A stretch of DNA of 64,000 nt from Pseudomonadota bacterium (lineage in GTDB: Bacteria; Desulfobacterota; JAPLJL01): positions 5,890-69,889 of the forward strand of contig JAPLJI010000141.1 of the NCBI GenBank assembly GCA_026388655.1. The letters are read 5' to 3'. The notes under the pieces were generated by a model. It ran no database searches. It saw only the letters and a list, made by a program, of their open reading frames with translations, and had not been told where the DNA came from. The position numbers were made by a program, and so were the translations under genes. Below, piece after piece: positions 27,896-36,270 of the stretch. Positions within the stretch are counted from its first letter, which is position 1. Every line of letters starts with the position of its first letter.

Positions 27896-29425
27896 ATGTT
27901 AGCCCGCGTGTTGTCCAGTTCGGTTCTGGGAGTGGAAGCCTACCAGGTCGAGGTAGAGGTGGATACCTCCCGGGGGCTGCCCCAGTTCAATCTGGTCGGG
28001 CTTCCGGAAGGGGCGGTCAAGGAAAGTAAGGAGCGGGTAAAATCGGCGATCCGGAATTCCGGCTATGAGTATCCCGCCGGGAAAATCACGGTCAACCTCG
28101 CCCCCGCGGATATCCGCAAGGAAGGATCGGCGTTTGATCTTCCCATCGCGATCGGGCTCTTGATCGCGGAGGGAGTCCTCCAGTCTTCCCGGGTCCAGGA
28201 TTACCTGGTCATGGGCGAGCTTTCCCTGGATGGAAGGCTGAAGCCGGTCCGGGGCGGTCTGCCCATCGCGATCCTGGCCCGGAATTCCGGCCGGCGCGGG
28301 CTGGTTCTGCCCTCGAGCAACGCCCGGGAAGCCGCGATCGTGGAAGGCATCGACGTTCTGGGGGTTGATCATCTGACCGAGGTGTTCGAATTTTTCAATT
28401 CGGACCGGGAGCTTTCCCCGGTCCGGGTGGACGTGAACGGCCTGTTTTCCCAGCATTCGGTTTACGAGTTCGATTTCAACGAAGTCCGGGGCCAGGAGCA
28501 CGCGAAGAGAGCCCTGGAGGTGGCCGCGGCCGGCGGACATAATATCCTGATGGTGGGGCCCCCGGGTTCGGGAAAAACCATGCTGGCCAAGCGCCTGCCG
28601 ACGGTTTTACCCCGGCTTTCCCTGGAGGAGGCGATCCAGACGACCAAGATTTACAGCGTCGCCGGGCTTTTGTCTTCGCAATCCGCGATCGTGGCCACCC
28701 GGCCTTTCCGTTCGCCGCACCATACCATTTCGGACGCCGGCCTGGTCGGGGGAGGGACCATTCCCCGCCCCGGGGAGGTCAGCCTCGCGCACAACGGGGT
28801 TTTATTCCTGGACGAGCTTCCGGAGTTCAGCCGGAACGTCCTGGAGGTTCTGCGCCAGCCGATTGAGGAAGGAAAAGTGACCATCTCCCGGGCCCTTTCT
28901 TCCATGACCTACCCCGCCAACTTCATGCTCGTCGGGGCGATGAACCCCTGTCCCTGCGGTTACCTGGGAGACCCGGCGCACAGCTGCCATTGCACCCCTC
29001 TGCAGATCCAGAGATACCGGTCCCGGATTTCCGGGCCGCTGCTGGACCGGATTGATATCCAGGTGGAGGTCCCGGCCGTCCGCTGGCAGGAATTGGCCCA
29101 GGAAACCGGGGGCGAGGCCTCGGCGGAAATCGGCGCGAGGGTAGAATTGGCCCGGAAGATCCAGGAAGACAGGTTTTCCCGGGCCAAGATCTTCTGCAAC
29201 GCCCAGATGGGCTCCCGGATGATCCGGAAATACTGCCAGCCGGAGAAGGAAGGCGAGAGGCTTTTACAGCTGGCGGTGGACAAGCTCGGAATGAGCGCCC
29301 GGGGGTATACCCGGGTTTTGAAGGTAGCCCGGACGATCGCGGATCTCGAGGACTCAGCGACCATGCGTTCGTCCCATGTTTCCGAAGCCATCCAGTACCG
29401 GAGCCTGGACCGATTGACGGAATAA
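27896..29425 (+). CDS. comM: YifB/ComM-family Mg-chelatase-like AAA+ protein
   Basis: Lon-protease-like N-terminal domain, [26 protein letters not shown] and RIDIQVEV. Confidence 0.85.
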   Translation: MLARVLSSSVLGVEAYQVEVEVDTSRGLPQFNLVGLPEGAVKESKERVKSAIRNSGYEYPAGKITVNLAPADIRKEGSAFDLPIAIGLLIAEGVLQSSRVQDYLVMGELSLDGRLKPVRGGLPIAILARNSGRRGLVLPSSNAREAAIVEGIDVLGVDHLTEVFEFFNSDRELSPVRVDVNGLFSQHSVYEFDFNEVRGQEHAKRALEVAAAGGHNILMVGPPGSGKTMLAKRLPTVLPRLSLEEAIQTTKIYSVAGLLSSQSAIVATRPFRSPHHTISDAGLVGGGTIPRPGEVSLAHNGVLFLDELPEFSRNVLEVLRQPIEEGKVTISRALSSMTYPANFMLVGAMNPCPCGYLGDPAHSCHCTPLQIQRYRSRISGPLLDRIDIQVEVPAVRWQELAQETGGEASAEIGARVELARKIQEDRFSRAKIFCNAQMGSRMIRKYCQPEKEGERLLQLAVDKLGMSARGYTRVLKVARTIADLEDSATMRSSHVSEAIQYRSLDRLTE

Positions 29426-29472
29426 ATCCGAAGAAATAAAGTAAATGAGCCCCTGAAAGCACGGAAATAAGC

Positions 29473-29874
29473 ATGATTCTGGGTTTAAATAATAATGTTC
29501 CCTATAAGGGAAATGTCTTCCATGTTCAAACGGAGGATTCCGGGAAGCAGAGCCCGCATATCTTCACCCATCTTTTCCACGGCGGCGACATCCTGGCCAC
29601 CAAAAAAGTCGATTACCATGACATCGTGCAGGTAGAGGGTTTGGAGGACATTGTCCGGGAGCTGATGAAAGAACAGCACCAGTTAATGGTCAAGGAACTC
29701 CAGGGCGGCACTTATGATGGTAAAATCGCGGCCTTTTTCAAGGCCGAGGAAAAGGGCGCGCCCCCGCCCAAGGTTCAGGAAGTCGAACGCCGGGTGACCG
29801 AGAAATCCCTGACCAACAAAAGCCTGGATGAGGTGATCCTGGACTACCTGTCCCGGGATTCGGAAGGAGAATAA
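29473..29874 (+). CDS. Hypothetical protein
   Basis: 133-aa ORF in an otherwise empty interval, with coding-like composition (FHVQTEDSGKQSPHIFTHLFHGGDIL). No domain recognised. Confidence 0.4.
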   Translation: MILGLNNNVPYKGNVFHVQTEDSGKQSPHIFTHLFHGGDILATKKVDYHDIVQVEGLEDIVRELMKEQHQLMVKELQGGTYDGKIAAFFKAEEKGAPPPKVQEVERRVTEKSLTNKSLDEVILDYLSRDSEGE

Positions 29875-29876
29875 AC

Positions 29877-30701
29877 ATGGCCACCCCAGCGCAAGTGGAA
29901 AACCTGCGGAAGATTGCCAAGGGGATCAGGATCAATATCCTGAAAATGCTGAACACGGCCGGATCAGGGCATACCGGAGGCTCGCTTTCATCCGTGGAAA
30001 TTATGACCTCCCTGTTTTTTTCCGAAATGAGGTACCGGGCGAACGATCCCTGCTGGGAGGGCCGGGACCATTTCATCCTCTCCAAGGGTCACGCCGCCCC
30101 GGTGCTTTACGCCACCCTGGCCCAGGCGGAGTTTTTCGCCGCCGCCGAGCTTTCCCAGCTCCGAAAGCTCGGCCGCAGTCTCCAGGGCCATCCTTCCTGT
30201 GTCTCCACCCCGGGGGTGGAGGTTTCCACCGGGTCCCTGGGGCAGGGTCTCTCCATGGCACTCGGGCTGGCCCTGGCGGTCCGGCTCGATCAAAAGCCTT
30301 CCCGGGTTTACGCCCTCTGCGGGGACGGCGAAATGCAGGAAGGACAGATCTGGGAAGCGGCCATGGCCGCGGCCCATTACGGGGTGGATAATCTCTGCGC
30401 GATTGTCGACAATAACGGCCTCCAGATCGACGGCCCGGTCGCCAAGATCATGGGCATCGAGCCCCTCTGGAAAAAGTGGGAGGATTTCGGCTGGGGGGTG
30501 CAGCGGATTGACGGCCATAACCTGGAAGAGATCCTGGATGCCCTCGCCACCGCCCGGCAGATCCGGGGACGACCAGCGGTGATCATCGCCAAGACCGTGA
30601 AGGGCAAGGGCGTTTCCTTCTTCGAGAACAAGGTGGAATATCACGGGGTGGCCCCTTCGGCGGGCGAATTGAAGCGGGCGCTCAAGGAGTTGGAAGGGTG
30701 A
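29877..30701 (+). CDS. Transketolase, N-terminal (TPP-binding) subunit
   Basis: GSGHTGGSLS, ILSKGHAAP, CGDGEMQEGQIWEA and IVDNNGLQIDG. Confidence 0.9.
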   Translation: MATPAQVENLRKIAKGIRINILKMLNTAGSGHTGGSLSSVEIMTSLFFSEMRYRANDPCWEGRDHFILSKGHAAPVLYATLAQAEFFAAAELSQLRKLGRSLQGHPSCVSTPGVEVSTGSLGQGLSMALGLALAVRLDQKPSRVYALCGDGEMQEGQIWEAAMAAAHYGVDNLCAIVDNNGLQIDGPVAKIMGIEPLWKKWEDFGWGVQRIDGHNLEEILDALATARQIRGRPAVIIAKTVKGKGVSFFENKVEYHGVAPSAGELKRALKELEG

Positions 30702-30904
30702 ATTGCTATAAGTATCTTTTAATTTCTAATTTCTAATGACGAATTTCTAACCAATGATTAAAATCGAATTTCTAATTTCTGAGTTTCTGAGTTGGTCATT
30801 GGAAATTGGGATTTGATTAGGAATTAGAAATTTGTCATTAGGCATTTGTGTAGGATTTAAGATTTCACTATGACCTTCAATTTAAAATGCGATTAGGATA
30901 AGGA
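30702..30904. repeat. Intercistronic word-repeat hairpin element, copy E3, splitting the two transketolase subunit genes
   Basis: taatttctaatttctaatgacgaatttctaacc is mirrored by ttaggaattagaaatttgtcattagg. Confidence 0.7.
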
Positions 30905-31897
30905 ATGAACTCTTTAAAAATGACACCGAAGATTGTCCGGGAGGATTGCCTGGAAAAACCGGACCCCCAGGCCCTCCGGGACGCTTATGGGTCCACCCTG
31001 GTCAAGCTGGGAGAGAAGGACCGGAACGTGGTGGTTCTGGACGCGGATCTTTCTTCCTCCACCCGCACCTCGATGTTCGCGGCCAAGTTCCCCGACCGCT
31101 TTTTCAATATGGGGCTGGCCGAGCAGAACATGATGGGGACGGCCGCGGGCCTGGCCAAGGGGGGCAAGATTCCCTTCGCCAGCACTTTCGCCATTTTCGC
31201 CTCCGGGCGGGCCTGGGAGCAGATCCGGCAATCCATCGCTTACTCGCGGCTGAACGTAAAGATCGTGGCCACCCACGGGGGAATTACAGTCGGTGAAGAC
31301 GGGCCATCTCACCAGACGGCGGAAGACCTGGCGATCATGAGGGTGATTCCCGGGATGACGCTGATCGTCCCGGCCGACGCGGTCGAAACGGGCCAGGCGG
31401 TGGAAGCGGCTTACCGCCACCAGGGCCCGGTTTTCATGCGCCTGACCCGGGGCAAGTTCCCCACCGTTTTCACCGAGGATTACGAATTCCAGATCGGGAA
31501 GGGGACGGTGGTGAATGAAGGGGAGGATCTGACCATCTTCGCCTGCGGCCTGATGGTTTACCATGCCCTCCAGGCGGCCAAGATCCTGTCGGAAAAAGGG
31601 ATTTCGGCGCGGGTGGTCAACCTTTCCACCCTGAAACCCCTGGACCGGGAATTGATCGTGGAGTCGGCGAAGAAGACCCGGGCGGTAGTGACCGCGGAGG
31701 AACACTCGATAATCGGCGGATTGGGAAGCGCGGTCACCGAGGTCCTTTCCACCGCTTTTCCGGTCCCGGTGGAAATGATCGGGGTCAAGGATTCCTTTGG
31801 AACCTCCGGCCAGGCCGAGGAACTTTTAAAATATTTTGAGCTGGAGCCCGGCGATCTCGCGCGGGCCGGCCTGCGCGCAGTCGAGAGGAAGTCATAA
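30905..31897 (+). CDS. Transketolase, C-terminal (pyrimidine-binding) subunit
   Basis: RDAYGSTLVKLGE, FFNMGLAEQNM, THGGITVGEDGPSHQ and EEHSIIGGLGSAV. The start could instead be the ATG at 30920. Confidence 0.9.
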   Translation: MNSLKMTPKIVREDCLEKPDPQALRDAYGSTLVKLGEKDRNVVVLDADLSSSTRTSMFAAKFPDRFFNMGLAEQNMMGTAAGLAKGGKIPFASTFAIFASGRAWEQIRQSIAYSRLNVKIVATHGGITVGEDGPSHQTAEDLAIMRVIPGMTLIVPADAVETGQAVEAAYRHQGPVFMRLTRGKFPTVFTEDYEFQIGKGTVVNEGEDLTIFACGLMVYHALQAAKILSEKGISARVVNLSTLKPLDRELIVESAKKTRAVVTAEEHSIIGGLGSAVTEVLSTAFPVPVEMIGVKDSFGTSGQAEELLKYFELEPGDLARAGLRAVERKS

Positions 31898-32156
31898 AAG
31901 TCCAAAAAGGGTTCAAGGGGCCTAGGGTTCGAGGGTTCCAGGGACAAGATCAAGTTCAAATTTCAAAGTTCAAATGTCAAATCAAACCCCAAGCTCAAAG
32001 GTCAAAGATTTGAATAGAAAACGGACGAATGATCACCATGTTTTTTCGTTTGGATTTTGAGCTTTGAAATTGATTTGAACTTTGGATTTTGTCATTTGAA
32101 CTTAGATGTGGGATTTGTTTGGGATTTGGGATTTGGAAATTGGGAGTTGATTTATT
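31898..32156. repeat. Long imperfect inverted repeat built from caaag/gttcaaat/gggattt words, copy E4
   Basis: caagttcaaatttcaaagttcaaatgtcaaatc... is mirrored by ...gattttgtcatttgaacttag around a loop of about 35 nt. Confidence 0.6.
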
Positions 32157-33461
32157 ATGAGCGGACATCATCATCGAACCTACCATCATCTCGAAAAACG
32201 CCTGGATGCCTATCCGGTCGGGGCTCCCTCGGCCCCGCTTTTCCGGAAGGTCCTCAGCATGCTTTTCAGCAGGGAAGAGGCTGAGGTGGCGACCAAGATG
32301 CCTCCCCAGCTTACCGACCTTTCCGCCCTGAGCCGGAGAACCGGGATCCCTTCGAAAAAACTCCAGAACATGCTGGAGAAAATGGCCGACCGCGGCCTGG
32401 TCCTGGATCTTGAAAAGGACGGGAAAACCTATTACATCCTGGCGCCGACCGTTCCGGGGATAATCGAGATGACTCTGATGCGGGAAAGGGATGACATCCC
32501 CCAGAAGGAGATCGCGGAGCTTTTATATCATAGCCAGCTCGATCAGCGTTTTCTCCGGGCGGTTTTCGGAGGCGACACCCAGTTCGGCCGGGTTCTTCCC
32601 TACGAAGGAACGATCGCGGAAAAATATCATCACCAGGTTGCTTCTTACGAGAGGGGCGAGGATGTGATCCGGGAGGCCCGGGCCATTTCCGTCACCCTCT
32701 GTTACTGCCGTCATGAAAAGAAATTGAACGAGGAGGAGTGCACGCACCCCCTGGAGGTCTGCACCGCTTTCAACACCGCCGCGGAATTTCTGGTCCGTCA
32801 CGACCTGGGCCGCAAGATCGAGAAGGAGGAGGCCCTGGACATCCTGGCCCGGACCGGGGAGCTCGGGATGGTGCACGTGATCGATAACGTCCGGCAACGG
32901 CCTACCTTCATCTGCCACTGCTGTTCCTGTTCCTGCGGGATCATGCGGGCTTTCCGGGCCTTCGAAGAATTCCCGACAGTGGTGTCCTCTAATTACCTGG
33001 CGCGGGTGGAAGCGGATAAATGCATTGGCTGCGGACGCTGCGCCCGGGCCTGCCCGGTGGGGGCGATCAACCTGGAGAAAATCTGGGAGCCGAAAACCAA
33101 CCTGCGGGTGGAGGTGGATAATTCCGTCTGCATCGGCTGCGGGGTCTGCGTCAAATCCTGCCGGAAAGACGCGCTCAAGCTCGAGCCCCGGAAAGAGCGG
33201 AAGATCACGCCGGAAACCACCTTTCACCGCCTGGCCCTGATGGCGATGGAAAGAGGCAAGCTGGCCGACCTGATGTTTTATGATCCCACGAAGGTGACCC
33301 ACCGGGTCGGGAAGATCATGCTCAAGTCTTTTCTGAAGATGCCGCTTTTAAAGCGGCCGGACCGAGATGGGCTGGGTGTTCGAAGAACTCTAAAACCAGT
33401 CCGAAGTTCCAAGTTTAAGAAAAAACGGCGACCTTTCAAAACAACCATTTTGTCATTCTGA
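32157..33461 (+). CDS. 4Fe-4S dicluster domain-containing protein (function unknown)
   Basis: Two CxxCxxCxxxCP motifs (CIGCGRCARACP, CIGCGVCVKSC) plus extra Cys clusters (CHCCSCSCG). The basic C-terminal tail may be over-extended into a REP element. Confidence 0.6.
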   Translation: MSGHHHRTYHHLEKRLDAYPVGAPSAPLFRKVLSMLFSREEAEVATKMPPQLTDLSALSRRTGIPSKKLQNMLEKMADRGLVLDLEKDGKTYYILAPTVPGIIEMTLMRERDDIPQKEIAELLYHSQLDQRFLRAVFGGDTQFGRVLPYEGTIAEKYHHQVASYERGEDVIREARAISVTLCYCRHEKKLNEEECTHPLEVCTAFNTAAEFLVRHDLGRKIEKEEALDILARTGELGMVHVIDNVRQRPTFICHCCSCSCGIMRAFRAFEEFPTVVSSNYLARVEADKCIGCGRCARACPVGAINLEKIWEPKTNLRVEVDNSVCIGCGVCVKSCRKDALKLEPRKERKITPETTFHRLALMAMERGKLADLMFYDPTKVTHRVGKIMLKSFLKMPLLKRPDRDGLGVRRTLKPVRSSKFKKKRRPFKTTILSF

Positions 33462-33546
33462 ACCCCCGCAATAGGCGGGGGTGAAGAATCTCTTTTCCGA
33501 CAGGTGGCGATGGGAAACCAGATCCTTCGCTGGTGCTCAGGATGAC
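33452..33546. repeat. REP1b composite (GTCATTCTGA ... CTCAGGATGAC)
   Basis: gtcattctgaacccccgcaataggcgggggtgaagaatc ... gtgctcaggatgac. Confidence 0.7.
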
Positions 33547-33594
33547 AATTTAAATGCTTCGAAACGCTCTGACTCATTTTGTTGCCTCGGTTTG

Positions 33595-33648
33595 AATCAG
33601 GCTTTTAAATTCCCCCTAAGCCGGCTTGGTGGTGCCGTCGGGGAGGTT
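33595..33648. repeat. Decayed direct-repeat copy of the 3-prime end of the glycosidase gene (partner at 34689-34742)
   Basis: 54 nt with 4 mismatches by eye. This copy has an in-frame TAG where the gene copy has TAT. Confidence 0.75.
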
Positions 33649-33660
33649 TGAGTCCGATCG

Positions 33661-33697
33661 TTGACTTATCTAAAACATACTCTTACCATTAGGTAAG
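33661..33697 (+). promoter_or_regulatory. Candidate vapBC promoter (TTGACT-17-TACCAT) overlapping a perfect palindrome CTTACC-ATTA-GGTAAG (possible operator)
   Basis: ttgact at 33661-33666, taccat at 33684-33689, palindrome at 33682-33697, about 20 nt upstream of the vapB RBS. Confidence 0.4.
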
Positions 33698-33716
33698 ATA
33701 TAAGGAGGAGTTGGAT

Positions 33717-33947
33717 ATGAAAACTATATTATCAACCAAGGGGCAGGTGGTGATTCCCAGCGGGGTTAGGGAACAATTATCACTGAAGCAGAATACAGAA
33801 TTGCAGGTAAGAATTGAAAATGACCGGATTGTTTTAATCCCGATCAGAAAAGATGGCTGGAAAGGTTTGCGGGGAATACTTCGCGGAAAGAGGCTCACCC
33901 GGGGATTGGAAACCGAGCATCGAAAAGAGATCGAAAAATATAAATGA
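33717..33947 (+). CDS. vapB: AbrB/SpoVT-fold antitoxin (VapB-type)
   Basis: KTILSTKGQVVIPSGVREQLSL is a SpoVT-AbrB loop-hinge motif. An AAGGAGG RBS is present, and the stop overlaps the vapC start (ATGA). Confidence 0.75.
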   Translation: MKTILSTKGQVVIPSGVREQLSLKQNTELQVRIENDRIVLIPIRKDGWKGLRGILRGKRLTRGLETEHRKEIEKYK

Positions 33948-34363
33948 AAAAGCCGATCAAGGTGCTTGACGCCTGGGCGATTCTGGCCTGGATTGGGGAT
34001 GAATTGCCGGCGGCGGAAGAGGTAAATCTGTTGTTGAGAAAGGCTGAACAGGGATCGGTTAAGATTCTTATCTCCATTATCAATCTGGGAGAGGCATATT
34101 ATCGTTTGGCTAAAACAGATCGAGATGTGGCTGAGCGGATGAGGCATGAGTTTTCTTCTGGACCTTTCAAAATCATTTCCTTAACTGACGAGCAGGTCTG
34201 GCAAGCCGCCGGTTTAAAAGCCGACTACGCAATTTCCTCCGCGGATGCATTTGCGGCGAGCCTGGCGATGGAAATGGGGGCGGAACTGGTAACCGGTGAT
34301 CCGGATTTTAAAGAATTGGAAAGAGAAGGTAGTTTGAAAATAGAGTGGTTGAAAAGAAAGTAA
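33944..34363 (+). CDS. vapC: PIN-domain toxin (VapC-type)
   Basis: The acidic residues sit in the expected PIN order (VLDAWA, NLGEAYY, SSADAF, VTGDPDF). Confidence 0.75.
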   Translation: MKKPIKVLDAWAILAWIGDELPAAEEVNLLLRKAEQGSVKILISIINLGEAYYRLAKTDRDVAERMRHEFSSGPFKIISLTDEQVWQAAGLKADYAISSADAFAASLAMEMGAELVTGDPDFKELEREGSLKIEWLKRK

Positions 34364-34367
34364 GAAT

Positions 34368-34421
34368 GTAGTCTGCCGATTTATCGGCGTATTAAAACCG
34401 CCCAATGAATTGGGCAGCTAC
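34368..34421. repeat. REP2 element (GTAGTCTGCCGATTTATCGGC ... GCCCAATGAATTGGGCAGCTAC)
   Basis: Two adjacent hairpins bracketed by GTAG/CTAC. There are four clear copies in the window. Confidence 0.8.
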
Positions 34422-34528
34422 CGTTCCAGGTCTTTTCTGAAGTATTTTGTTATAGGCTATGTGTAATGACACACCACGATATCATATGGATTCATATTTT
34501 TTCGAGAAGTTTACAAACCCACCCAAAA

Positions 34529-34566
34529 TGTCATCCTGATCCCGCCTCTGGCGGGGCTCAGAATGA
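34529..34566. repeat. REP1b hairpin
   Basis: gtcatcctgatcccgcctctggcggggctcagaatgac. Confidence 0.75.
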
Positions 34567-34673
34567 CAGGAAGCGCATTTTGCCACGGGCTCATTTATCA
34601 ATTAACAAGGAACAAGCGTATATATCATTCGATCGAAGCATTACAGCTATGCGCTATAGGCCATTTGCATCCG

Positions 34674-36227
34674 CTATCTGCTATTTTCAATCAGACTTTT
34701 AAATTCCCCATAAGCCGGCTTGGTGGTTCCGTCGGGGTAGGTGAGACCCCAGTAATACTCGACCGCCTGGAGGTCGTTGGGGCCGGGCGTTCCCGGGGGA
34801 TCCTCGAGGTGGAAATAAAAATATCCGGCCCCCGCATTCTCGGAAGTGATCAGGGTTGATTTGCTCAGATATTGAACCTGGAGGTTTTCCGAATAACCTT
34901 TGGCGGCCGGTCCGGAGGGATAACCGGTTTCGAGGACCAGGACCGGTTTGTCGGTTAGACCTTTCGTATTTAGCACCGCGTCGGCCAGGAGCGAAGACAT
35001 AATCGGGGAGGCGAAAAGGTAATTGGGATAAGCCCCGAGTCCGATGAGATCCAGGGGACCGGTCCAATCGCTGATTTTCTGAAGATAGGCCGGGTCGTGG
35101 ATGTTAAAGTTCATGGTCGCCAGCGCGGAGGGATTCCCGGCTTTGATTCCGTCCGCCAGGGTTTTTAAAATCCGGCGGCAGAATTCCGGGTCGGACCAGG
35201 CGTTACCCACCCGCCAGCCGGCCACGCCGGTATGGACATAGGCCCAGTTCAGCTCATTTTCCAAATTCCAAATGCCAATCCTATCCCGGTATCTCCGGGC
35301 CAGGGCGGCGGCATGCAAATAGGCTTGGGCCAGGTAAGCATCGCGTCCGATCCCGACATAATCCACGCAGGTGCCGAGGATGCAGGCCGAGCCGGTCCAG
35401 CCCGTGTCTTCCGGAGCGATCCGGGCTTGTGTGCCGGGGGCGAGAGGAGCGGTGGTGGCGTCGGCAATCAGAGGCAGAGGGGCAATCCCGGCCGAGCGCA
35501 GGTTTTGAACGAAAGTGTCGAATTCGGTCCAGGTCAGATGATTGGCATATTCATCAATCAGGTTCGAGTTTCCCGCGATGGATTCGAGGGAGGGGTAGGA
35601 ATAAGCGGAATTATTTCCCCAGACCACCTCTTGAGCCGCGGGATTGAAACGAAAGGCCGTGACTTGGATTTTGGACCAGTCGAGCCAGAAGCGTCCGAAA
35701 TCCACGCCGAGGTCTTTCATATTCCCGACCTGGTCGGATAGATTTCTTTGCCCTGGAATAAAAACCACCCCCCACTGGAAGCCGACCAGGATCGGGACGA
35801 GTATGGAAGCCTGGGTTCCCTCCGGCCATTTCAGAGTAAGATCCAGATGGTTTAACCTATATAGCCGTCCGTCAATCTCAACCTGAAATCGATAAATTAT
35901 TTCCGTCGGGGATGATTTCCGTTCTCCATTTTCAAGCAAATCAATCTTTTCCTGATTGAGAGGACCCAGGTCGAGAACGGCTTCCCCTGGCATTTTGATA
36001 CCTTTGGGAATACCGAGGCTAAAAGTAACCGCGCGGTTTTCGGCAGGGGAAATCCAGACGGGCTCGGCCTTGATCCAGATCCGGTTTTGAGCCGAAGAGG
36101 ATGGGGATTTCTCGGAACAACCAGACAAAATAATAGCAGGGATAAAAACCAAAAAGGTTAAACAAAACCGCAGGGTTTTGGAATACCAAGTCAAATAGTT
36201 TTTTACATCTAGGGGGATAAATTTCAT
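34674..36227 (-). CDS. Clan GH-A (TIM-barrel) glycoside hydrolase-like lipoprotein
   Basis: Lipobox ILSGC, an acid/base-type IWNLENELNW and a nucleophile-type VLVLETGYPS. The start was chosen at Met-61 of the long ORF (36227) because the longer form overlaps the divergent gene. Confidence 0.55.
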   Translation of the reverse strand: MKFIPLDVKNYLTWYSKTLRFCLTFLVFIPAIILSGCSEKSPSSSAQNRIWIKAEPVWISPAENRAVTFSLGIPKGIKMPGEAVLDLGPLNQEKIDLLENGERKSSPTEIIYRFQVEIDGRLYRLNHLDLTLKWPEGTQASILVPILVGFQWGVVFIPGQRNLSDQVGNMKDLGVDFGRFWLDWSKIQVTAFRFNPAAQEVVWGNNSAYSYPSLESIAGNSNLIDEYANHLTWTEFDTFVQNLRSAGIAPLPLIADATTAPLAPGTQARIAPEDTGWTGSACILGTCVDYVGIGRDAYLAQAYLHAAALARRYRDRIGIWNLENELNWAYVHTGVAGWRVGNAWSDPEFCRRILKTLADGIKAGNPSALATMNFNIHDPAYLQKISDWTGPLDLIGLGAYPNYLFASPIMSSLLADAVLNTKGLTDKPVLVLETGYPSGPAAKGYSENLQVQYLSKSTLITSENAGAGYFYFHLEDPPGTPGPNDLQAVEYYWGLTYPDGTTKPAYGEFKSLIENSR

Positions 36228-36270
36228 TTCCAAATATTTTAAGCTAACATTAATAAAATAAGGAGAGAAA

